From Cycas panzhihuaensis (Eukaryota; Plantae; Cycadophyta), in the NCBI GenBank assembly GCA_023213395.1, contig CM041465.1, forward strand, positions 67,153,741-67,217,740: DNA of 64,000 nucleotides, written 5' to 3'. Positions within the stretch are counted from its first letter, which is position 1, and every line of letters starts with the position of its first letter. Both the position numbers and the translations under genes were made by a program. The notes under the pieces are model-generated. The model saw only the letters and a list, made by a program, of their open reading frames with translations. It made no database searches and was not told where the DNA came from. Shown here in pieces: positions 52,692 to 64,000 of the stretch.

Positions 52692-55519
52692 ATGGTGAAA
52701 CTAGTAGGTGCAAAGTTTGAGGTGGAGAAATTCAATGGTAAGAACAACTTCGAGTTGTGGAAGCTAAAAGCACATGATATTCTTATACAGCAGGGTTTAT
52801 ACAAAGACCTTACAGGTAAATTGAAGAAACCTGTAGGGATGGACGATGATGATTGGTATGACTTAGATCAAAAGGCACTTAGCACAATATGATTGTGCTT
52901 GATAGATGTAGTCTTGTTTAATATTGTAAGGGACAAGACATCAACAGGATTATGGACCTGGTTTGAAGGCCTATATATGACCAAATCAGTAACAAATCGA
53001 ATCTACCTAAAAAGGCAACTATACTCCTTACAGATGAAGGAAGGTATAAAAATTACTGGCCATTTAAATATTTTTAATACTCTTATTTATCAGTTGATTA
53101 TTATCGATGTTAAAATTGAGGATGAGGATAAGGTTGTTACCTTGTTATGCTCATTACCCGAATCCTTGGATAATATTATCATCTCAATTAGTTTTAGCAC
53201 TACAGATGTATTGGATTATGATTCTATTATGAGTGCTTTGCTAATGGAAGAAGTACAGAGGAAATCTAGTCTTGAAACCTCCACATGAGAAGCCATGAAA
53301 GTAAGGGGTAGAACGTTTGAAAGAGGACAAAACTCCAGGGATACAACGAGGTCCAAGTTAGAAAGCAAAAAGAGTAAGCTCAGTTGTTGGCATTATAATA
53401 AGACGGGTCACCTCAAGAAGGATTGTTACAAAAGGAAGGAGTTTCAGAAAAAGGAAGATCCTGCCAAGGAGGCGAATCAGGTGGAGTCAAATCAAGGTAT
53501 GGATGATGATGTCTTGGTTGCTTATAATGTTTCTCATTATCACCATGACTGATTATTAGATTTAGGTGCTTTACACCACATGTATCCACCCAATAGTTGG
53601 TTCTCATCATACCAACCTCTTGATGGTGGTGATGTGCTTATGGGAAATTAAGTTTCTTGTAAGACAGTGGGTATTGGTAGCATCAGAATTAAGATGTTCG
53701 ATGGGGTAGTCAGAATATTAACTAAGGTTAGACATGTACCTGATCTGAAAAGGAATATGATTTCCTTGGGTGAACTAGATTTAGGTTATTTTAAGCATAT
53801 AGGTCATGAAGGAGCCCTAAAGGTGTCAAAGGGTGCCTTAGTTATTATGAAAGCCTTAAAGAAAGGAAGTCTTTACATTTTAGTGGGAAGTACAGATGTC
53901 AGCCAAGCAGCTACAATATTAAAGATTACAGAAGATCCAGCTCAGTTATGACATCAGAGACTTGGGCATATGAGTGAGAGAGGACTTAAGATGCTGATAA
54001 ACTCTAAGTTACTTCCTAACTTGCAGCTTTCAGATTTAGCTTTCTATAAACATTGTATTTTCAGAAAGTAGTGTAGACTTAGGTTTAAAGTAGGGAGTCA
54101 CACTAGTAAAGGTGTTCTAGATTACATACATTCATATGTATGCGGACCAGCCCCTAAAATATCTTGCGGAGGATCATTGTATTATGTCACATTTATAGAT
54201 GATTACTCTAAGAAGGTATGGGTCTATTTTTTGAAAAGGAAATCTAAAGTTTTCAGTGTGTTCATGCAGTTCAAGGCTCTAGTTGAGAACAATATTGGTA
54301 AGACAATCAAATGTCTAAGAACTAACAATGGAGGTGATTTCAACTCCTTGGAGTTTGAGAACTATTGTAGAGAAGCTGGGATCGAAAGACACAAGACCAC
54401 TAGCTATACTCCACAGCAAAATGATATTGTTGAGCACATGAATAGGACACTCTTAGAAAGAGCAAGAAGTATGTTAAGTAATACAGGAGTGGAGCAGGGC
54501 TTGTGGGCAGAAGCTGTTCAAACAACTTGCTATCTAGTAAACAGGTCACCATCACTTGTAATAGATTGCAAGATTCTTGATGAGGTATGGACTGGACATC
54601 CATGTGATTATTCAAATTTAAAAGTTTTTGGTTGTGATGCTTATGCCTGGATTGACAAAAATAAACGTTCAAATTTAGACCCAAAATCCAAGAGATATAT
54701 CTTTGTTGGTTATGGTGATAAGGATGTTGTGAAGGGATATAGGTTGTGGGATCCTACTTCCTACAAAATCACCATTAGCAGAGATGTTGTATTTGATGAA
54801 TCTCCCCTTCTAAAATTAGATAATGGAGAAGTTGAAATGAAACAGGAGTAGAAAGATGAACATTAATAGGTCAAGTTTTAAACCCAACCATCTTTGGAAT
54901 GAGAAGAGTAGAAAGATCTTTCTGAAGATGAATCTGCAACAAATTTATAGGAGTATGTAGACACTCCTCTTCCAACAGTTAGAAGATCTACATGAGTTAG
55001 TCATCCACCTGATAGGTACAGCCTGTCTACTTCTATTGCTTTGATTTCTAATGATGGTAAGCCTACATGTTATCAAGAAGTAATAGATGATATCCATAGT
55101 AAGAAGTGGAAGAGGGCTATGTAGGAAGAGATAGATGCATTGAAGAAAAATAATTCATGGGACTTGATAGAACTTCCACATGGCAGGAAGACTGTTGTTT
55201 ACAGGTAGGTTTTTAAGATGAAAACATATGTCGTTAGAAATATTGAAAAATACAGGGCAAGATTGGTAGCTAAAGGCTATGTATAGAAAGAAGGTATTGA
55301 CTTTCATGAGATCTTTTTCCCAGTTGTCAAACTTATTTCAATTTGAGTACTGTTAGCATTAGTAGCTTCTCTTGATTTGGAGCTGGAGTAGTTAGATGTA
55401 AAAATAGCTTTTCTACATGGAGATTTAGATGAGGAAATCTATATGGATCAACCATAAGGGTTTGTATAGGATGGTAGAAAAAGACTTATTTACAGGATCA
55501 GGAAATCATTGTATGGCCT
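52692..55519 (+). pseudogene. gag-pol: Copia gag-pol pseudogene
   Basis: MVKLVGAKFEVEKFNGKNNFELWK; zinc knuckle CWHYNKTGHLKKDC; protease *LLDLGALHHM; integrase FIDDYSKKVWVYFLK...CLRTNNGG...TPQQN; RT RARLVAKGY and LDVKIAFLHGDL. In-frame stops throughout. Confidence 0.95.
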
Positions 55520-58316
55520 TGTTTCCCAACTGCCGAGAATGGACTCGGGCCGCATCGACTCAGGTAAGCTCAGGTATACGTTCTTACTCCCGTCCTCACT
55601 CTTGTTCAACCGAGGTCGCTTGGTAGATTGCCTGATGCATGCTTGCATGTCATTCACATGACTGCACTACTTTCTTGCTTGGTCACACTGCATGTGCCTG
55701 CCGCATGCCACTCAACCTATGACGACCCACCGTGGGGGTACTCCTCAGCGAGTGCTACACCCCATATGGCACTTAGCCACCCACATCGTCTCCACAGCCC
55801 CTCGGGTGCCTCAGTCAGTCACGTCTCACCCACGACAGCATTCTACCTCTACTTTGATTCATATTCCAAGTATGATAGGATCCCTGGTTGAGACCCATTC
55901 CTCTTTTCTGACCACTTGTCAACCATCTAGGCACCAATTCCCAGCTTGTTCAGCCCTAACAAACTCCCTGTTTTACTCCAGACCCTATTTCTGGCTTGAT
56001 TTTTACCTATAGGCTCGCACCACTATAAACTTAGCAGTACCACAATATTTACCATGGTACCATGATGTTTACCATGGTACGATTGTTCAAAAAAGTTTTT
56101 TAAAACTGACGCGGCAGTTCCCACTCTTTTCGCAGAGCTGTGATGTGGTGTCTGCGTCTTTTGACTTCCCGGTGACTCTCAACATTTACTTAGGGTTAGT
56201 GGAAGATAAAAACCAAAAAGTCAATTATTCTTCCCCTTCTTCCTCCATTTTTTGGATGTTACTCCTACAACTCTCCATTACCTACTGCATAAAGGCATAC
56301 TGTTCAGTTGCTACTCTTCCTACAGAGATTATTGATACATCTTAGGCTCAGCACTAGTAGTTCAGGCCTCCTATTCTAGGTTCATACGGTGGAAAGCAGA
56401 GCATTTACAGGAACTCTCCAAGGAAAAGCTCCTAGGTCCTAAACCGTAGTGGTGTTTCTCATGGTGGCCTCTCCTCCAAAACTAGCCTTCAAACCCTGCC
56501 AAATGCAGGTCTTTCCTTCTGTTTTCCAGCTGAAGTAAACTCCTATTCTCTGCTATAAGGTACTCCCCACTATTTTCTCTAAGATCCATGTTTTTTCCTT
56601 CACTTTTTGTGGATAGTGTTTGGTATATTTATTTTTCATGATTTTGTGCCCATTTAGCATTAGCTCTTTGCACATTGGGTTGTAATGCTTCCCTTCATTT
56701 TCCTATAAGCCTACTTTAAGGTGGCTATGTAGAGGGGGTGACACAAAGAAAAGTAGAGGGAGAAAGATAGGGCTAGACCCCCTTGTTGACCTTCTCCCCA
56801 AGGATCCAAACCCTTCTTTTCTTTCCCCCTGCACCTTTTGCCTCCCTTGAAGCTGGGTTAGGGACTTGGGAGCCTACCTTCAAATTTGAACCAATGTTGG
56901 CAGCTCTTTGCCATGCTAGTTTTAGACCCTTTTTATTAGTTTTGGGCACCACGTAAGCCCCAAAACTGCTCCTGATTAGTTCATAGCCTGTAGCTTGTCC
57001 CAACTGGATAGTCTATTACTCATAGCACCCCGTCCTTTGGGCGTGCTTACACATCATCCTGCTAGTTTCTCTCCTCTTTTGCTTGCTGCCCTACACAACC
57101 AATATAGTCTATTTCTTCTTCCCCAAGGCCATGTGGGGACTTCTGTGGGTGAGCTAGCCATTCTGAGGCTAACTCTTTTGCATTGGGTACCAGTTGGTGT
57201 GGTTGCTTATTGGAGTCTTGTTTGGATTTCTTTGGAGTAATATGCACATGTTCTTGATTTAGTTTGATTTTAACTTTTTTATATTTACATACGTATAGTA
57301 GATATATTTGTATCCCCTCTTCTGGGAGGGAGAGACTTGCATGTTTTGACTAGCAGGTTTTGTGATTATGGAGATACACATGAGACGAACTGGTTAGTAG
57401 GTTAGTCTCTTGTTGGTTGCTTTTCCTTGTTTCCCTTTTTTTTGTTGCTTTGCTTTGCTTTACTTCTTTCACATACTTTGGGGAGGTAAGTTAGCCCCTT
57501 CAACTGCTCATGGCAATCATCGCCGGTCAGTCTCACCTATGCAACAAGTAGAGCAGGAAGGCACATAAAGCAATAGGAAATGCAACGCTTCATTCGAACA
57601 CCGGGTCTAAGTACTCCTCTTTCCCTTTTTATTCTTTTCCTATAGCATTGTTTCCATGCATGTGTTTGCATATTAAAAACACGTAGGAAACAGAAAAAGG
57701 GGAAGGAATACATATTTGTATATGCGTATCTCTTATTAGTAGTTATTTTTTATTACGTATAGGTAGTTTTCCTTAAATGTGAACCACTTGCCCCTCACTT
57801 CTTCGATTAGCCTACACGTAAAATATTTTATCACACACACACCACCTACACATTGCCTTCTCTCTTCTTCAAGAAGACACAACCCTGTACGTCCCTTCCT
57901 CCTCTTCCCAGCCATCCAAGGGGTAGGAGGGCCTCACCTTTTGGGATGACCCAAGGCCTTGCTTTGTGTCCCTTCCCCGAGATCACCTTGAAGTAAGTAG
58001 GCACCATTTGTAGGTCCCGAATCCACGCTCCAGCGCACGGACGCCCTGCATGGTGATTCCTTACCGACCAATAAAAACTCATAAGCCGACTCAGTTGTAT
58101 ATAGCCATACCTTGCTAACATAGGAAACCACCCCGTGGAAGCGTTTCATTGGCGACCATACTGGGAACCACCAGTAAGGGAACTAGTTTCGCTTCTCTTC
58201 CTGTTGGTGTTCTTACTTTTAGGTGATCCTCTTGACTTACTTTCCAGTTGGGCAGCCCCCAGCATGTTTGTTTCATGCCCTTTGCTCTCTTCTAACAACT
58301 TTCGTAAAGGTGTTGC

Positions 58317-61300
58317 ATGCGACGTTTCTCGTGTCGTTTGCAAGGTCTGCCACCGTTGTTAGAAGACCCATCGTATTGTTCCCTTCCATCATCAGATTTT
58401 GATTCAACAATGGAAGGCTACCATTCCGATTAGGCTTATCACACCTTGGTCTCGAGAACTAAAGAGTTTCCCGCATCCATTCCATGATCCATCCATGAGG
58501 GTGACGATCCCATCTATTACCCGAGTGACCAGCCTCACCCTTTCGACATTCATCTGCTCATGCAGTAGAAGGCTCGCCTCTTCATGAGATTCACCATTCG
58601 ATCGATGATTCTTATGAGGAGTACCCTGAGGGATCTCCGTCATTTGAGGTCCCATCGACCTCTTATGGGTACGAAGATACCCCTCCAGCCGATATGATTG
58701 AAGCTAGCAGTGAGTACTTTTGAGTGACTTACCTTCAATCACGTCCCAGGCAATTTGAAGAAGCCTTGCGTGGCAAGGCACCTTCTTCATCCGCACCTGC
58801 TCCTCCTACGACAAGTAATCCCTCCATTCATGTGCACTCATCCCACTCCGTGTCTACACCTACTTTGGGGACTAGTGTTGCATCCTCTATTCATAGTCAT
58901 GGTCCTGCTTCTTTAGGACCCTTCCGTGGTGTGTCTTTCCCCTAGCTTGGGGTTAGCATGCCTTTTCCAAGCCAAGTGAATGTGCCACTCTCAAACGTAG
59001 CACATGCGTTCCCTAGTAGGCCTAGAGGTCCTACTAGTACTACTGCCACTAGCTATATAGGACCCACTCCCACATATGTCCAAAGCCCATCCAGTGATCC
59101 TTCTCTTTACTTACCCCTAGGTTATGCATCTCAACCTTGGGGGCAGGGTAAGGGAAACCATCTTCTAGTTTATAGGGTAAACCCGTTGCACCCATATGGG
59201 GTCGCACCACCTATGGGTGGCCCATATGGCAAGAATTCGATCCCGCACCCTCCGTTTTCACCGTCCAGCGTGACTTCTTTCGCTACGCCTTCGCAAGGGA
59301 ACCTAGCTCCCTTCCAAGGCGTTTATCCTCAAGCCCCCTTCTAACAAGGGGTGTTCCTCCAAGGAGGGATGGGTTTACCACCCCTATCCATTCCTTGCTC
59401 ATTGCCATTCGTCGATCCTATGGTCCATGCAAGAGCACGTCCCTTCATGGATTATAGGTCGATGCCACTATCCATTGAGGTGTTAAGAACTAATCTGCCG
59501 CCTCACCCTCCTGAAGTTCCCAAATTCGATGGAACTTCGTCGCAAGACCCAGCTGAACACGTGCTTAGTTTTTCTATGGTGTGTATAGATTACTGGGCTT
59601 ATGACCATATCCTAATAAAACTGTTCCCATGATCCTTGCAGGGCGACACCCTTAAATGGTTCTACCATCTCCCTGCCCACTCTATCTTTTCATTCCAGCA
59701 AAACTGTTCCCATGATCCTTGCAGGGCGACACCCTTAAATGGTTCTACCATCTCCCTGCCCACTCTATCTTTTCATTCCAGCAATTGGTGGACGAATTTA
59801 TCAACTACTTCGATGTAGCCCATCCATTCGAGAGCAGAATGAAATCTCTCCTTTCGCTCAAACAAGGTCACGATGAAATGAATCGTGACTTTGTGAGACG
59901 ATTCCATGACCTCCTTCACTCCACTAAGGCCACGTTGCCTGAGGAGCTGAAGAGAGATCTTTTCGTTAATGCACTTCATCCTGAAGTACATGTGGAAGTC
60001 CTCAAAATGGGGGCAACCACATGCGACTCCACGATCACGAAATGCTTAGCGTTAGAGGTTATTGAGATCCAAGCGGGACTCAAGAGGTCTCTTAAGCCCT
60101 CACAACGTCGTGAGGCACCTCCCCCAGCCAAGGAAACTAAACCTTCGTAACCCACTAGGTCTACCTCTCATTCAACTGAGAGGACTTTAGACCCCCTTAC
60201 TTCTGCCATATGCTCATTCGAGCGCACGATGAAGGAGCTTAAACTCCAAAGCCCTTCATCACCAACCTCCAACAAATAAATTTAACAAGCCTCTCATGTC
60301 GTTCCCCCCAAAGGGGGTAGTACCCAACCTTCTCAAGTGAGGAAAGTCAATCCTCCCCTTGAGAAGAAGTGGTGCTCCATCCATGGGAAATGCTTTCATG
60401 ATGACTCGCATTGTCAGGTGCAGCACCCTCGTGATGCCCCACCGCGTGATTCGTCTCCCAGACGGGCATCGAGGCACAATCTCTATCAACCCGTTCATAA
60501 GGATCCGTTCCCCAAATATGGGGAGCATGATCGTAATGCTCAACAAAGAAACAACCGAAACCGGGGTAGATCCCCCAATTCTCGCCCTTCGCATGATAGA
60601 AGGAAGGGTATACGAGGTTCATCATCCTCTTCGCGTTCCCCTAGCTCCTTCACCTTCGTGATCCCGTAACAAGGGAAAGAAGGTAATTCAGATACTTAAG
60701 ACCACTCCCCTTTATGCCTTAACTCAGTCTCAAGTTGTGAAGGAGGCAGCTAGCGCCTCTACATCTACATCACATCTTGATCCTCCTCCGGAAGCTGTTC
60801 CTCCAGAAATACCTTCACTTCCCAAGAGCATTCATGTCCGCCCCAGTCGCTTTGACTTTAGAAGAGACCTTACCCAACCCACAGGGAAGGGTAAACCCTT
60901 TTCTATAGTTGAAGAGCTTCATACTGTGGCTGCTGGAATCTCCATCATGGACGTCTTGAGAAGCTGCCCTAAGCAATGAACGCTCCTCCTGGAAGCTTTG
61001 GGATTGAATGACGCACCTGTTCACGCTTTGGGCACCACCCAAAGTCGTGAACCCGTCATCTCTTTTGATCCTAGAGATCTTCCCCCACCCAGTAGAAGGG
61101 AATGCCAATGGAACTTCCCTTTCACGATTACCATAGACACACCCAATTATACATTGTAAAGGACTGTCATGGACAATGGCTCTTCTGTGAATGCCATGCC
61201 CTTGCGCATTATGCAAGAGCTTGGCATTTTTGCCTTGGAACCCATCCCATGGCGATGCCAAGGGTACGATGGTAGTGAGAAGACTCCCTTAGGATCTATC

Positions 61301-64000
61301 TCGATACCTCTCACCCTCGAGGATAAGACTGTCCTTGCTGACATCATTATCCTCGATGTGGATGTTGATTACAACCTCCTCCTGGGTCGACCATGGCTTG
61401 ACCAAATGGGAGCCATGTGTTCCACCCGTTGGGGGAAACTTAAGTTTATCCATAATGGACAAATGAGAGTTGTCTCCTGCGAGTGACCACTCATGAAATA
61501 AACTAGACCATCTACTCAAGCAAGCCATGGCCATATGAAGGGAAGTAAAGGCCCTTCTAATCACGCCTTGGCCTGCACCATCGGTATCCCCGATTCTGCT
61601 TACCATGAAGAAGATCCTGCATCTTCTTCTCCTAGTCTAACTCGTTTTGCTCCCATCGGCGTGAGAAGCTATGGATACCTCACCATGTTGGACGATGATA
61701 TGTCCCATAGTGAGGATGAGGATCTTCCTCATCCAGCTTCCTTCCTTCGCGCTAGTGGGGGGTATTCTTCTCATTCTAGGTCTCAACCTAGAATCCCTTT
61801 TGTCGTAGAGCCCAATCACTCTCTCGTATCATATGCCGTTAGATTCCTAGTCCTCTCTTTCCATCACCGTCCACAAGTGATGGCACCGAGAGTTTCTTTC
61901 TTGCCTCTTACAAGAGATCTCTCCTTAACTCTCCCTTAGAGTTCCTTATGGATGTTGAGAAGCTTACAGGTCATCCTAGTCCTATTGCTCCCATGCCATC
62001 CTATACCTCGTCTATTCGAAGTCAAGTCATCCATGGGGTGGACTACTTTAAAGATGATGAGGCTTTACTAGAGCACTTAGCAGGTTCCATGCCCAACTTA
62101 CCTTCTGGTCATAATAAGCTTAGCCACCAGAAGATCCTAGCAACTGGGTCCACGTTAGCTGACCCGATCCCATCCTTCATTCTGTCTCCTCCTATTGATC
62201 TTGCATCCCTCCATTTTGAGGAGGGGAACACCATGTGTAGGGGGGCAACTCAGGACACAGTCCTCGCCCTGAGCAAGATCATTAAGGTGGGGGCGGAGTG
62301 TACTCCTGATGAAGTAAGGGAATACTCCTTTTTATTCTAGGAATTCTAGGATGTGTTCATGTGAGACTACTCTGACATGAAGGGAATTGACCCCTCCATC
62401 ATCACCCACAACCTCACAACTATTCCTAGCACTTGCCCTATGCGCCAGAAGTAGCATCCTCTCCATCCCAAACTTTCAACCACTGTCAAGATGGAGGTTG
62501 AAAAGCTCTTGGATGCATGACTTATCTCTTCCATCGATTACCCTAAGTGGGTATTGAACATCATTCCCGTTGCTAAGAAGAACGAGACCATTCATATATG
62601 TGTCAACTTCCGCAACATTAACAATGGTTATCCTAAAGACAACTTCCCACTCCCCCTTATCGATCAAATAATCGATCGAATTGCTAGATTCGAAGTCATG
62701 TCCTTAATGGACAGATTTTCTAGCTACAATGAAATCCAGATATCTCCCGAAGACCGCCACAAGACTTCCTTCACTACGCCATGGGGTACCTTTGCCTACA
62801 AGGCAATGCCCTTTGGCCTTAAAAATGTGGGTGCTACTTATCAAGGAGCCATGCATTTCATTTTTCATGACCTCATCAACAACACATTGGAGGTCTTCAT
62901 GGATGACATGATGGGTCTTTCACGTATTAGAGCCCATCATCCCTCTGACTTGTGGGCCATCTTCACACGATACCACAAGTACCATGTCAGTCTAAACCTA
63001 CTTAAATGCGTGTTTGCTATCACCTCAGGCAAACTCTTGGTTTCCTTGTATCAAAGCAAGGAATCCAAATCGATCCAGATAAAGTCAAGGCAATCCTTGA
63101 CATGCCGCCTCCTAGAACCCAATGACAGATTAAGTTGTTTCTAGGTAGGCTTGGTTTCCTTAAGCATTTTTTAGCAGACTTCACCATAAACGCCAAACCC
63201 CTTACTAACCTATTGAAGAAAGGAGCCCAATTTGTATGGTCTGACAAGACCCAACAAGCCTTTGCAGGACTCAAGGAAGCTCTCGCTTCCGCTCCTACGT
63301 TAACGCCTCCTCATTTCGATAGGCCCTTCATCTTGTATACCTCGGTAACCGATGAATCCCTGGGCATAATGCTTGCACAAGAGGATGATTTGGGAACCGA
63401 GAGAGCAATCTATTTTATCAGCCGCACCCTCATGGCTACTGAACTTAACTACCCTCCTGTTGAGAAGGAATGCCTCTCCTTAGTCCATGTGACCAAGAAG
63501 TTCAGGCATTACTTGCTCGGTAATACTACCAAGGTGATCGGCCAATCTGATGCCTTGCGTTATTTACTTACTCGTTCAGACTTGACGGGTAGGGCAGGTT
63601 ATTGGGCCATGCTACTTCAAGAGTTTGACTTGCAATTCATTAACAGGAAGTCAAAAAAAGGAATAATAGTGGCAGAGCAACTAGCAGACGCCCCCATTCC
63701 CAACACGAGCGGCGTTCCTGTTGATGACTCTCTCTCTAACGAGTCTATTTTGACCGTCTAAAGTACTTCTCCTCACCCGCTTGCTAATAGCGAGTGGTAT
63801 GGTGACATTGTGCAGTATTTGACTCAGCAAGAATACCGCCCTGAAGCCAGCAATAAAGTTAGATTACGTATCTGCACCACCACTAGGCAATACTTCCTCG
63901 TGGATGAAGTATTGTACAAGAGATCCTTCAATGGGATCACCTTGTCACTGTCGCTTACGCCCGAAGGCACCAAATACTCCGCGAATGCCATCATGGCATT
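58317..64000 (+). pseudogene. gag-pol: gag-pol pseudogene of gypsy B3
   Basis: MRRFSCRLQGLPP start; gag core; CSIHGKCFHDDSHC knuckle-like motif; protease MDNGSSVNAMP/LLGRPW; RT MPFGLKN and FMDD (62896-62907); RNase H (ORF 63135..63761). Stops and frameshifts present. Confidence 0.93.
59618..59783 (+). repeat. Perfect 83-bp tandem duplication within B3 gag
   Basis: 59618-59700 is identical to 59701-59783. The segment is single-copy in B1 and B2. Confidence 0.95.

Larger units (their letters stand above)
51991..55519 (+). mobile_element. Ty1/copia family A element (Tnt1/Tork-like), 5' LTR to mid-RT, interrupted by gypsy B3
   Basis: LTR at 51991-52621 (tgttgga...ctcaata), then PBS, then gag-PR-INT-RT order. 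Broken inside RKSLYGL at 55519. Confidence 0.95.
55520..64000 (+). mobile_element. Ty3/gypsy family B copy 3 (youngest); 5' LTR to start of integrase, continuing beyond the window
   Basis: Starts tgtttcccaac inside the copia RT. Colinear with B1 and B2, and retains many CpGs. Confidence 0.95.

Noticed and set aside
57846-61819. Numerous minus-strand ORFs over B3
   Set aside because: Shadow frames of GC-richer LTR, leader and gag-pol sequence; not maintained in B1 or B2.

Overview
This window is AT-rich plant intergenic or heterochromatic DNA made almost entirely of decayed retrotransposons. I can support no host gene, RNA gene or CRISPR array. From left to right it holds: old LTR-element debris; a Ty1/copia solo LTR with a target-site duplication (TSD) at 6946-7611; a decayed minus-strand L1 LINE carrying a complete 323-bp TRIM (10582-10904); a second TRIM copy lacking its 5' LTR; a minus-strand Ty3/gypsy element; two partial copia elements; a near full-length Tat-like gypsy element (31367-42816) cut off at a (TA)n microsatellite; and a four-layer nest (gypsy- > gypsy+ > copia+ > gypsy+) running off the right edge. 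All coding regions are pseudogenes. I found no convincing new host system. The strongest novelty candidates are the tiny TRIM, a gypsy family with a Tat-like RT but an FMDD active site, no visible archaeal-type RNase H and no TGG-type primer-binding site (PBS), its antisense coiled-coil ORF, and a Q/G/P/Y prion-like repeat in a copia Gag. Cytosine loss is evident in CG, CHG and CHH contexts. All alignments were done by eye.
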